A model generated the notes under the pieces. The model made no database searches. It saw only the letters and a list, made by a program, of their open reading frames with translations, and was not told where the DNA came from. Below, in pieces: positions 49,415-61,632 of a stretch of 64,000 bases of DNA (positions are counted from its first letter, which is position 1; every line of letters starts with the position of its first letter). A program made the position numbers and the translations under genes. This stretch comes from Squalus acanthias (lineage: Eukaryota): positions 32,490,001-32,554,000 of the forward strand of contig CM059432.1 of NCBI GenBank assembly GCA_030390025.1, given 5' to 3'.

Positions 49415-52400
49415 CTGCTATTGAGCTTTAAAATTATTATAATCATTAAGGGTTCAGATGAAAATGGGGGTGGGGGGGCAGTAAAGTATATTGATCACAA
49501 TCCTTCAATTAAAAGAAAAATTGTAAACTCACTTAAAAGCTCAGCGTCCCTAAACTTTTTGAATATTGTATATTCAGACATTTGGTGGAGATGGGGGTTG
49601 GCTGTTTATGTAGCTCCAATGGTGTTTTTTGTTGTTCGGAGCTGGTGTGATCCATCTGGCACTTAACACAGTGCATCTAAGAAAGCTGTATTCTTCAAGG
49701 GGATTGAGGCAATTTTAAAATTCATAGAATAGAATCATAGAATGGTTACAGCACAGAAAGAGGCCATTCGGCCCGTCGAGCCCATGCCGGCTCTCTGCAA
49801 GAGCACTTCAGCTAGTCCCACTCCCCCACCCTTTCCCATTAGAGAATAATGGATACCTGGGGGTGATTATTGGTTTAGACAGCAGTGAAAGAGCAAGGCC
49901 TGAATAGTCTAGTTATCTGTTCCCTAAAATTGTCTGCCTGTGCCCAGAGAGTGGACTTTCAGCTTCTAGACTTCTTCACCTCTCCCCCGCTCCTTATGCA
50001 CACCTTCCACTCTTCCAACACTGGCCTATTTCATGGTTCAACTCCACTGTCAATAGGCACTCTACCTGCCCTGTGGAACTCACTCCTTCAGCATTGTCAC
50101 CGTGTCTGCTCCATCCCTGCCTTCAAAAAACTCAGTGCTTTCAACCCCTCCTAACCAGGGTCTTAATTTTCTCCCTCCTGTTCTCCTCTCCACTATGCAA
50201 AGTGCACCCAGGTGGCTCTCTCTACCATAAATGCTATAGAACTATGTTGTCGAATTACTGCTGTGATATGCATGTAATTGTATAAATTTATAACATGGAA
50301 GGATATCATTCAGCCCTCCTCCCTCCACTGTCTCTGCCCTTGCTGGTTCTTCAACTGGAGCTGTCTACTAACACCATTTCCTATCCTTTCCCTATAGCCT
50401 TTTATATGACCTCTGCCACTAAACAGTTCTCTTCCCTCTGCCTTTGATGCCTTCATTCCCACCAACTCACTCCCTGTCTCCTGTCCCCGAGTTCCCCCTA
50501 GTACTGTTCATGTCTTTGCCCCTTTAAGTCAGAGGGCTGCAAATTCGAACACCTGACTCACAACAGGTCTAGTCATTCATAACCAGATTTGGTTTGACCA
50601 CGTCAAACGTTACCACACCTTGTTCTCCTCAACCTACTACTCCAGGATCATCAAGTCAGTATGTCTCGAGGCTCCTCAAATTCCTATTCCCGATTGCTCC
50701 ACACTCTCCTCCAATACTGAGCATGAAGATCTCATGGATTTCTTTGTCTCTAAGATTGAGATAATCCATGCAGCTGTCTCTGCCGCTATCACCCCTTCTT
50801 CTCCTGTACCTCTGCACTGACCTACCCTGAGTCTCCCACCTCCTGTTCCGCCCATCCTGTAACTCTGCACTTTTTCTCCCATACCCTTGGCCTCTACAAG
50901 TTCACCACTTCCATGAGACCCAAACCCCTGCTCCTTCGATCCTTTAACCATTCAACTCCTGACCATTCAGCTTCCTTTCCTGACCCCCATTCTTACTGAT
51001 GTTAACTGTTCCCTTTGCTGAAGCATCATCCCTTACCTAGGCACGATGGCATATTATCCCTCTCTGCAACTTTTCATATGTCCCTCCTCTTCCTTTGTTC
51101 AGATCTGTGGAACTGCCCTTATGTGGTCCTGTTGCTACCTGTTCGAACATAGCCAGTGCAATTCCAGCAATGGTTTCTCTTCCTGCCTTAATTTTTCAAG
51201 CCCTTTTTCAGAACAATAACTGCTCATCCCTGGTATCATTCTAGTGAATCTTCACTGTACATCTTCCGTGGCTCTAATAACCTTTCTATAAAGGGCTACC
51301 CAGAACAGGGTACACAACTCCAAATCTAGCCTAACCATTGTCTTTTACAAATCCAGCATTACTTCTTGCTTTTATATTTAACTTGCCAATAAGTAAAATG
51401 CAGAATCCCATTTGCCTTTTTTAAAATTCCTTTTCTGCCTGTAATTTCACCTTTTAAAGATCTACATATCTGCACCCCTAGATATCGCTCTATTTCCACC
51501 ATGGTAACTGTTAACTATTCAGGATTTATTTATCATTGTTCTTTTTTCCAAAATATACACATTTCTCTGCATTGAACTGCTGCCCACACTGCCAACCTGT
51601 ATTCTTCCTTGCAATTTGCCATTCCCTCTAACTTGGTATCATCAACAGACTTCTTCGTTCTTCTCGTGTCTACATCCAAAACATTTATATGAAAATAAGA
51701 GCCCCAGAGCACATCCCTGGGACATAGTGTTACCCACGTCCTACTGACCTGAAAATCTTACATTTACCCCAATTTTTAAAAATCATATGTACAATCTTTT
51801 GTTTCCCAATTTTTCTCTCTCTCTCTCTTCCTCTTCTGAAGGTGCAGACTCTAAGTATCAACCACTCACTTAATTGTCTGTTCTTCATCGGAGAGTCTTG
51901 ACGGTGAGTGTTGACAGGCTACCTGACCTATGGAGTAGCAGGCCGAGCTCAAACTTTTCTTCACCCAACATCCACACGTGTTCTTTCCTGCCCTAAACTA
52001 ATCGGTATTGAGGTCAATTGCTTCCATACCTCTGGCTAAGATTGAGTAACTTAGCATCTTTGACTTTTTCTGGCAGTGCAATTACCACACACCTAGGTCT
52101 TTAGCAATACCTTTTTTAGTAATTGGAAGATGGGGGGGGGGGAAAAAAAGTAATCTCTTCCCGAGACTGTTGATCAACTAATTCAGGATCCTGGAGTTCT
52201 TCCTGCTGCTTAGACAAGTTAGACTTTGAGAAATTTAGAGGGGAATAGAAAATCATTTATTTGCTGTATTTTCTCTACAGTGTACTCCTGAGATTAAAAA
52301 TTTTTGATTTGGTAGATTTTGCAGTTTTTGTTGGAAAATGACTTTTACTGATGCATCTTGGAAAAACAAAAAAATGCATTTTAATAAATCATAATTTCTG

Positions 52401-53283
52401 TCATTGTATATCACTAATCTTCTCACTAAAACATGCTTAAAAATGGTACTGATCTAAGCGTCTTGAGTACTGTGTTGGCTGTTAAGACACTAGGAAAACA
52501 TTAAAGTTCTGATTGCTGTATGGAAAAGAGAAAACACTGGGCTGATTTCTAGTGTCAGACTTGAGTTACTGAAATCAGAACGTTCGACTTCATTAAAGGA
52601 TTGGTGAACACTTGGAAGGACGTCTGGGTAGAGTAGTGGAGACAAAATCTTTGGATTCATTAAAGGGACAGTTGGATGTTGTAATGGTGGGGAGCAGGTT
52701 CCTGTCTTTTATTGATGTATAAGCTAAGATGGGTTGGAAGTCCGTAGTGGTGTCCCACAGGGTTGTGTACTACTTCTGTTAACTATGTATATCAATGATT
52801 GGAATATAGGGCTAGAGAGAGTGGTGTCTAGATTTGCAGATAATACTAAAATAGGAGGCATATTAAATAATTAATATAACTAAAGAAAGATTGATAAGGT
52901 TGGTGGAATGGGCAAAAATGCAATGATGGAATTCAATGTCAGTAAGTGTGAGGTGGTACATTTTGTTTTTTTAAAAAAAACCTAAAATTAGTAATTATAC
53001 TTTGCGGAAGGTTGGGTGATGTGGAAGATGAGAGCAATTTTTGTTTTCAGTTCCCGACAATTATCATCTCCAGGCCATTTAAAAACAAAACCAATGAAAT
53101 ACTGCATTTTATGGCAAGAGGTATAGAATATAAAAGTTGAGGTAATGGTGAATCTATGTAAAACATTAGTAAGATTACAGTTACAGTATTGGGCTTCACA
53201 TTGTCGGGATGTTGAGGCAATAGAGAGGGTAGATTCACTAGGATTCTGCCTAATATGAGGAAATACAAATATGAAGAAAGACT

Positions 53284-53329
53284 TGGGTAAAAATGACCGC
53301 TGAAAATGGGTAAAAATGACCGCTGAAAA
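53284..53329. repeat. Perfect 23-bp tandem duplication TGGGTAAAAATGACCGCTGAAAA x2
   Basis: Seen directly, about 80 nt upstream of exon 11. Confidence 0.9.
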
Positions 53330-53411
53330 TGTGCTTGTGGGAGGGGGAGGAGTTGCCAATTATTTTACCAGTATGTGAGGTAGATTGTGGACTCTCCATT
53401 TTGTTTTTTAG

Positions 53412-53470
53412 GGTCAGCCAGAGACTGTACAAGAAGCACTGCGATTTACTATGGATGTAATTGGAGGAAA
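53412..53470 (+). CDS. PTPN23: PTPN23 exon 11 (GQPETVQEALRFTMDVIGGK)
   Basis: AG/GT boundaries, 59 nt. Confidence 0.96.
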
Positions 53471-54905
53471 GTAAGTAACTGAAAGAGATTTATCCATGAA
53501 AGTGCTCCGTTTAATCATTATACTTTTGGTTTTAAATTGCATTAAGTGAAAGCAAGTTCCTTTTGAAGTGAAGTGTCCAGATTTTTGGATCAATTTTGTG
53601 CAAACTGTAGCAGACATCAGCGCTGGGAATGGAAAGTTTTTTTTCCTTTTTGTGTCTTCAGCATCATGTGCTCCCAGGTCTAGTGTTCCACTGGTCAAAT
53701 GCAGAGTTGTAACTCTGCACTGCCCCCAAAGAATCCCAGCCTCAGAAGAGCATGCAGCTACACCAGTGTGACATTCCCATTTTCTCATGCCTTTCTGAGC
53801 AAGGCTGCTTTACAGATTAGAACTATATTGGCAGTCTTGTGCTGTGAACTTATAATTACTTGGAGTTAGATTAAACTGTATACACTGAGTGAGGATCCTT
53901 GCAGTTGGAAGAGAGAAAGAAAACTTTCATTCCATCATCTGGGCAACATTCGATTTTGAGTCTTGGGATAAAAAGTCAGTGTTATAAACAACTGCGTAAC
54001 CTGGTCCTTTGTCCATTTTGTTGAATGTTTTTATAAGTTTATTTTCCTTTATACATTGCATTGTTGCCGATGAGATGTCTTGTTTTAGTAGTTTCCCGAG
54101 ATGCAGGCGAGATAACTTTCTAGATAATTGGAACAGCAGATGTCATCCAGCAAACGGTTAGAAATTCCAGTGGCACAACCAGGTCAAACATCAATGTGTG
54201 ACTTTCTATTGACTGAGCTCAGTACAACAGTCCTTTGAGAGTTGGTGAAGATGATGTAAATCTGACCAACTAAAATTGAATTTGCAAACTTGAAGGTGCA
54301 AAGGTTTAAGTTCTGAAACACTTGAACCTCATAATAATGGACCTCTTTGTCAGAAATTTAAGCACTTTTTCTGTCTACAATGTAGGCAAGGAAGGTACTA
54401 GGTTGTCTTTAAATGCCTGACATCAAAAGTCCTAATGTTCATCTGGGAACATGGCATACTTACAGTTCCATGACTTGTCGGGGAGTTCTCCACTGGGTAT
54501 AGTAGTGGAAGTGTTATCGAAATGATTAAAGAAACAGACTGGGAGGCTGTAAATTCTTTCTGGATGAATGAGGTGCAATGAGCCAAAAGACCATGCTCAT
54601 CTATTACCTTGTGTTGAACGTCAAACTAGCAAATAAGGATCTCTTGATCAAAAGTGATTTTTCCCTATAAATTTTGCTTCATTCCCACCCCCCACTATGA
54701 CTGGATGGTGTACAGTTCCACAGGTGCCAGTCGGCCTCTAGTACCTTGCCAACTGGCTTTCTTTGTGTTTCCCTAGAAGGTAGTTGACCATCTATTCAAC
54801 CATAAGGGGCATTACCAATCGGATCCAGTCCTTGTTGGACATCCACTCACTTTCCAGCAGGGATCACTAGATACTAATCAGGGGGTGGGAACCCCCTGGA
54901 TGAGT

Positions 54906-54979
54906 TCTTCCTCGCCTCCCCTTTATCTCTTCCTCGCCTCCCCTTTATCTCTTCCTCATCTCCCCCCCCCCCCCCCCCC
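54906..54979. repeat. 22-bp pyrimidine-rich tandem repeat (about 2.5 copies) followed by poly-C
   Basis: TCTTCCTCGCCTCCCCTTTATC repeated. Confidence 0.85.
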
Positions 54980-57316
54980 ACCCTTCTCTCCCAATAGACA
55001 AGAGACACTGGAGCCAATTGTGTCCCTGATGCAAACCTGGCTTACAAAGGTCATGGGGTAGGCCATTCAGTTTGATCATTACTGATTTGTACCTCAACTC
55101 ATGTACCTGCCTTTGATCCATATCCCTTGATACCCTTGCCTAATAAAAATCTGTCAATATTGGTCTTCAAAATTTCACTTGACTCAGCATCTACAGCTTT
55201 TTGGGAGAGATTTCCATTACTGTGTGGGGGGAAAAAATATTTCCTGATTTCACTCCTGAATGGCCTGGCTCTAATCTTAAGATTGTCCTGTCCACAACCC
55301 CCCCCCCCTGCCCCCCCCCCCCCCCCCCAACCCCCATTCTGGGTTTCTCCACCAGAGGGAGCAGTTTCTCTATCTACCCTATCAAATCCTTTTTATCATT
55401 TTAAACACTTCAATTGCATAGAATTTATAGTACAGAAACAGGCCATTCGGCACAAGTTTATGCTCCACACAAGCTTCATCTCACCCTACCACCATATCCT
55501 CCTATTCCTTTCTTCTGTACTTATCTAGCTTCCCCTTAAATGCATTTATGCTAATTGCTTTAACCACTCCATGTGGTAGCAAGATCCCCATTCTCACCAT
55601 TGAGTAACTAGCACCCAGTGTTGAGCACTCCCAGGTCAGTTGTACCACGGTTAGATGCAGAGTGTAGGTCCCGCTATTCTGACCCAACAATGTGCCTTAA
55701 CCCCAGTCTCCGAAGAGCATTCGCTTTAGTCTGACATTCCCATTTCACACATCAGCCATTCTTATGGCTTCTGAGAGCGATTGCTAATTTAATGCCAATT
55801 AGTGCCAAATTAAGAGGCAGTTTTTGTGTTGTGTGTTCACAGCCACCAGGAACTGGTATTGGAACCCAGGTCCCAAAGCTGACAGGGCAGTGTGCTAACA
55901 CAATGCACCCACTCAACTCCCCTCCCCATGGTTTTTTAATTTTAATATCTTTGAATAATTTTTATACCAATTGTTTTCTTACCTTTTTTATATACCACAA
56001 TGGCACCCATATACCCCCAGTCCGAATGGACAAGTAGGCAAGCTCCTTCTGAGACACCCACCACCCTTTAACAGGTTGCTATGAGCTGCGCAGAACTGCC
56101 CCAGGATGACATGCTGAGCAAATTCTGCTGCCCCTCTTGATGTAACCTCCTTTTAGCACTTGTCTTCTGATGGAGCGCAATCAGGAGCCCAGATTCGCAG
56201 CATATTGCAAATTGCTTTCTATTTAACATTCTTTGAGGTTATATACAATTCTATAAAGGGCACAGATTACCCCCCCTATCCCCCATATTCTTACCTTGTC
56301 AGTAAGACCTCACCCCAAACTGCATCTCCTGAATCTAAGGGGACAGTGTAGGTAGCCTGATCCCAGGTTACAACATGTATCTCATTTATCTGACTGTCAC
56401 GGGGCGGTAGGCATGCTAGAGCAACCCAGTGGTGTCTCTTCCTCATCCATTTTCCCTATGACTCACTCCCACCCCTGATGAGAGAGAGCCTGGCATCTGC
56501 AGGTTGGCTCCCCATGGCAGCATAGCTGAGATCGAGAACTCCGTAGACTGGGGGTTTGAGCCTGTGTCTCGCCACTACCGGTCGTCACACTCTGATGGTT
56601 TAAGTCAATGCTACAGCACCACTCAATACCGAAATACCTGCTAGGAACATGGGAACAGGCGTAGGTCATTCAGCCCCTCCAGCCTGTTCCGCCATTCAAT
56701 GAAATCATGGCTGATCTGCGATCTGCCTTCATATACCGGCCTTTGGTTAACAAAAACCTATCAATCTCCAATCTTACTGATTTGCTGAAAGCTTCTTCGA
56801 AAATATCTCTTCCAACAGCATCACATGCCACGTTCAGCCCTATTGGATTACCCCTCAACCATATAAACTCAAGGGAATACAAGCCAAATTAATGTAACCT
56901 ATCTGCATAATTCAACTCTTTAAACTCTGGTGGTATTCTGTTGAATCTGCATTGCACCCCCTCCAAGGCTAATATATCCTTCCTCCGGTGCAGTGCCGAA
57001 AACTAAAAGCAGTACTCTGGCTCTGTACAACTGGAGCATCACTTCCTGCCCTTTATATTCCATCTTAGATCAGCTGACACAGCTCAGACAGGACCACTGT
57101 GAGGAGCCCCATGATTGATGTCTGAGTGTTTGCATTCTGTGTTATTGGAAGATTTCCTGATGACAGTAGTTCAGTTCAGTTCCAGCCTGAAAGTCCTTGT
57201 GCTATGAGCAGCTTTCACAAATTTTGGAGTTTGGGTGGGAAGAAAAATGGGAGAATATATAAAAACTTTTGATAGCGAGAGTTTTTTTTCTACTTGATCA
57301 TCTTTCTTACATTTAG

Positions 57317-57396
57317 GTACAATGCTGCCAAGAAGGACAATGACTTCATCTACCATGAGGCTGTACCACCCCTAGATTCGCTCTCATCTGTAAAAG
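57317..57396 (+). CDS. PTPN23: PTPN23 exon 12 (YNAAKKDNDFIYHEAVPPLDSLSSVK), followed by a GC donor
   Basis: atttag acceptor; Bro1 signature KDNDFIYHE; ends AAG|GCAAGT, the only frame-preserving donor nearby. Confidence 0.93.
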
Positions 57397-57818
57397 GCAA
57401 GTTTTCTAAGATTATGCTCTATTAACCAGCATTCAAACTTAAAACAAAAATATTTTGAGCAGTTCTTTAATAGTGTAATACTGTACTGTATCCTTTCTGG
57501 TTAGTCTGTATGTAGGATGTTGCGTACAGCTAACACTGACTCGTAACCTAACTCATTCTTTCCAGGACTCTCAATTCTGGAATCCCTGTTTCCTTCAGTC
57601 TTCCCTTTTTCCTGCAGCCCACTACTTTCTAACCTCCTCTTCCCTGCTCAATACAACCTTGTTATCCAGCACTGAGCTTTGGCCCTTCGACTAGGCTTCT
57701 TAATTTAAAAAAAAAACAATAAACTTTCGAGCATTTTTGTGCATGTTCATTAAATACAGTTTTATTTCTGGAAGGAAGTGCAGACATTTTAACTTTTGTG
57801 GTAACCTATTTTTAATAG

Positions 57819-57933
57819 GAGCATCTCTGGTAAAAGCCCTTCCTGTCAACCCAACTGATCCAAATGTGACTGGTCCTGACATTTTTGCAAAATTGGTACC
57901 TATGGAAGCCCATGAAGCCTCGTCCCTGTACAG
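57819..57933 (+). CDS. PTPN23: PTPN23 exon 13 (GASLVKALPVNPTDPNVTGPDIFAKLVPMEAHEASSLYS)
   Basis: AG/GT boundaries, 115 nt. Confidence 0.96.
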
Positions 57934-59244
57934 GTGAGCCTGAGGCTTGCAGCTTCTGTAGAGCTATGTTACTGAAAATTAAGCACAGGATCTTTGAAAT
58001 GAGTCCTTTTAAACATTAGTGTACCACAACTGGGGTTTTCTTTGCTTGCTTAAAGGAAAAGGGCTGTTTTCCTGGCTACACTCACTTCTTTGCACATACA
58101 GTATGTAAATCATGAGGGAAGTTCTGGGAATTTGGCCTTGTTCCCTTTTTGGAAAAGAAGAGACATTGAGATGACCTAATTGAAGATTTTAATTTTCTTC
58201 ATTCTCAAGATAGGGGCATAGCTGGCAAGGCCAGTATTTATTATCCATCCCTAGTTGCCGTCGAATGTGGTAGTGAGCCACTGCCTTGAACTACTGCAGT
58301 CCGTGTGGTGAAGGTGCTCCTACAATTCTGTTAGAGAGTTCCAGGATTTTGACTTTGGTGCGATGAAGGAACAATATATGTCCGAGTCAGGGTGGCGTGT
58401 GACTTGGAGGTGATGGTGTTCCCATGCACCTGCTGTCCTTGTCCTTCTAGGTGGTGGAAATCACAGACTTGAGAGGTTGAAGGGGGTTGACAAAGCTGAT
58501 ATGCTAGCTGAGGGTTCAAATACCAGGGGAATAGAAGATTGAAACTGAGGAAGAGGGAAGTCTGGTGGAACTATTTTACATAGAGCTGTTGAATAGGTTA
58601 CCAGGGCAAAGATTGATGCAAATAGTGTATAAATGTATTCAAGATTCAATTAATTTGTTTTTGGAGGGCAAAGAGAATTTGATACCATGCAAACCTCCAT
58701 CTCATGGAAAGACAGAATGAATGATCAAAACTCTAATGAACTGCTTACTATAACATTTTTATCTGCATTTGTATATTTAAAACATGAAAAAGGCAAGTCC
58801 AGAGTTTCAGGTTTTGTCTGACAAAGGTCTCTACGGGGTGTTAATCTGTCTTTCTATTGCTCTCTTTCAAGATGCTGATTAACCTGCTGTGCATATCCTT
58901 TTATTTTCTATTTTTATTTCAAGTTTTCAATGCAATCTGCTCTTTTAATTTGAATTTAAATTGTTCCAAAAAAAAGCTTGTGCTGTTTTACTTAAATTAC
59001 TAATTAGAATTATTGGATAATTAAATTTTATGATCAAAAACTATTTGAATTATCAAGAGTATATTCTATTTGTAGATTTTTAAAAAAAAAATTATCTCCA
59101 CAATTTTGGAGGCACTTTTTGTTCTACTTTGTATATTATATAGGTTTACACATGAAATGTAAAGGTTTTAATATTTTGAAACATTATATCTTTGCAGCTG
59201 TATCCTGTGCCATGTCTCACTTTTTTTTCCCATTTTTTTTCCAG

Positions 59245-59310
59245 TGAAGAAAAAGCAAAATTGCTACGAGAAGTGGTGGCTAAAATAGACAGCAAAAATG
59301 AAGTATTAGA
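59245..59310 (+). CDS. PTPN23: PTPN23 exon 14 (EEKAKLLREVVAKIDSKNEVLE)
   Basis: polypyrimidine tract plus ccag acceptor, gtaggt donor, 66 nt. Confidence 0.95.
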
Positions 59311-60539
59311 GTAGGTATTGTGACAAAATGAATAACGCTCGAGTTTACTTGCATAACCGTAGGCGTAATTCAAAAAAACAATTCATTGTGTGAAGGATTT
59401 TGAGAAGTTCTAACATGATGCATCACTATAAAAGCACATATTATTATTAAAACTGTTAAGCTCTGATCAGCTGATGAAAGGCCAAAAATTTCTTACAGGA
59501 AAACGGGTCATTGAATGTATTGAAAGGGGACAGGTGAAATTCCCCTCTCAATGGGAAGCAGGAGAATGCCCGTGTTTCTCGAAATGAATAATATGCAAGA
59601 ACAACCTTGTGTAGCTTCAGCCACAGAGAAACATGGACATTGTCCTGTGTACTGTTGAGAGGAATTTTGGCGCACTAAAGAGAAAGAGGGAGAAAATGTG
59701 AACAATTAAGGTTGGGTGAAGTCAAATCGGCGCCCCAGCATGCTGTGCTGTATTGTGGAAAGATACAGGATTAGCACCTCTGAGCCTTCAAATGCTAAGT
59801 TTGCATTCTGAGTTCCTGGACAGTGTTGAGCAGATGTTAGACAGCTATAGAATCATAGACGTTTATGGCACAGAAGGAGGCCATTTGGCCCATCGTATCT
59901 GTGCCGGCCAGAAATGAGCTATCCAGCCTAATCCTACTTTCCAGCTCTTGGTCCATAGCCTTGTAGGTTCCGGCACTTCAAGTGCATATCCAAGTACTTT
60001 TTGAATGCAAGGAGGGTTCTGCCTCCACCCTTTCAGGCAGAGTGTTCCAGCCCCCCACCACCCTCTGGGTGAAAAAAATTCTTAACTCTCCTCTAATCCT
60101 TCTACCAACTACTTGAAAAGATGCCCCCTAGTTATTGACTTCTCAGCCAAGGAAAACAGGTACTCTCATCCACTCTATCTAGGCCCCTCAATTTTATACA
60201 CCTCAATTAAATCTCCCCTCCGCCTCCTCTGTTCCAAAGAAAACAACCCCAGTCTATCCAATCTTTCCTCATAACTAAAATTCTCCAGTCCTGGCAACAT
60301 CCTCTTAAATCTCCTCTGTACCTTCTCTAGTGCAGTCACATCTTTCCTGTAATGTGGTGACCAGAACTGTACACAGTACTCTAGCTGTGGCCTAACTAGT
60401 GTTTTATACAGTTCTAACATAACCTCCCATCTCTTGTATTCTGTGCCTCGGCTAATAAGGAAAAGTATCCCGTATGCCTTCTTAACCACCTCATCTACCT
60501 GTCCTGCTACCTTCAGGGATCTGTGGACATGCACTCCAT

Positions 60540-60860
60540 GGCAGCTGTTGAAGATTCTGCCATTCCCATTTACACCTCTTCTAGATTCATCTTTTTGTTT
60601 CTTTACTTGTCCCTTTATCATCATCTTTTGCCTTGCACCATCATTCCTTTTGTCATTTAATCAATCCTGCCTTCCACCTATCACAGACCTTCCCTTTCGT
60701 TCTTTCCTTTCCCTGCCCCTGCACTTGCTTATAAAATCTGTTACATCTAACTTTTTCCAGTTCTGACACAGTCATCGACCTGAAACGTTAACTCTGTTTC
60801 TCTCTCCACAGATGCTGCCTGACCTGCTGAGTATTTCCAGCATTTTCTGTTTTTATTTCT
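60540..60860 (+). mobile_element. Penelope pLTR remnant with decayed hammerhead core
   Basis: AGTTCTGACACAGTCATCGACCTGAAACGTTAACTCTG...; reverse-complement homologue of 1490-1780. Confidence 0.75.
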
Positions 60861-60891
60861 TGATTTAATCTGTGCCTTTCTAAATGATTAT

Positions 60892-61632
60892 GGCCCAGAA
60901 ATTGATCTCGCTCTGTTCCCGCGGGGGTAAGGCTTCCCCGCGATCTCTCACTCCGTTTGTGCTTTTTCAGATCCAGCTCGCACGAACTTGATGTTCCAGA
61001 CATCAGCTGGGCAGTGCTTGCGTATCCCACCGGCGTAGTGAATTCGTGCGAGCTGTGGGATCACGTGACTCAGTTAGAGCCAATGGCAGCACACCATCTT
61101 CCATTCATAAGTTTCACATACGTGCTGTGAAATCTATGAATCTTACACCTCCCCAAAATAACAGCTAAACCTCAATTAAATTTAAAAAAAAAACCATCAC
61201 ATTAATAAAATAAGTATAGTTAAATAAATTAACCATTTTAAATAAAAAATTAAATTTTTGAAAAAATTTAAAATCTTTTAAAAAGTTATAAAAATAAACT
61301 TACCTGTCTTTAAAGTCTCTAAAAAAGATATACCTGTTAAAAAAAATTCAAAAAAATACTTAATTCACTACTTACCTTGTTAAAAGTGGGTCTTACTCCT
61401 TTTTCCATTTCTAAAATCTTCCGTACTTACCTGCGCGTCCAAAGCACGAAGTGCACAGCGTGCGCGCAGCCTGTAGCGCGCACGCGATGCACCGAGGAAC
61501 CGCCCCCTTTTCAAAAGACCAAGTGCCGGTTTTCAGCGCATGCGCAGGGCATGCAGAAAACCGGCAATTGGAGAGAGAATACGCGAGAGTACGCAGTGCG
61601 TACTCTCGCGTCGCGGGATGAATTTTTGGCCC
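60892..61632. mobile_element. CpG-rich Harbinger-like MITE
   Basis: GGCCCAGAAATT ... AATTTTTGGCCC; TAT/TAT TSD; CR1 sequence resumes on both sides. Confidence 0.82.

Noticed and set aside
60759..60793. Third candidate hammerhead ribozyme
   Set aside because: Core is CUGACAC rather than CUGANGA and stem II is shortened, so predicted inactive
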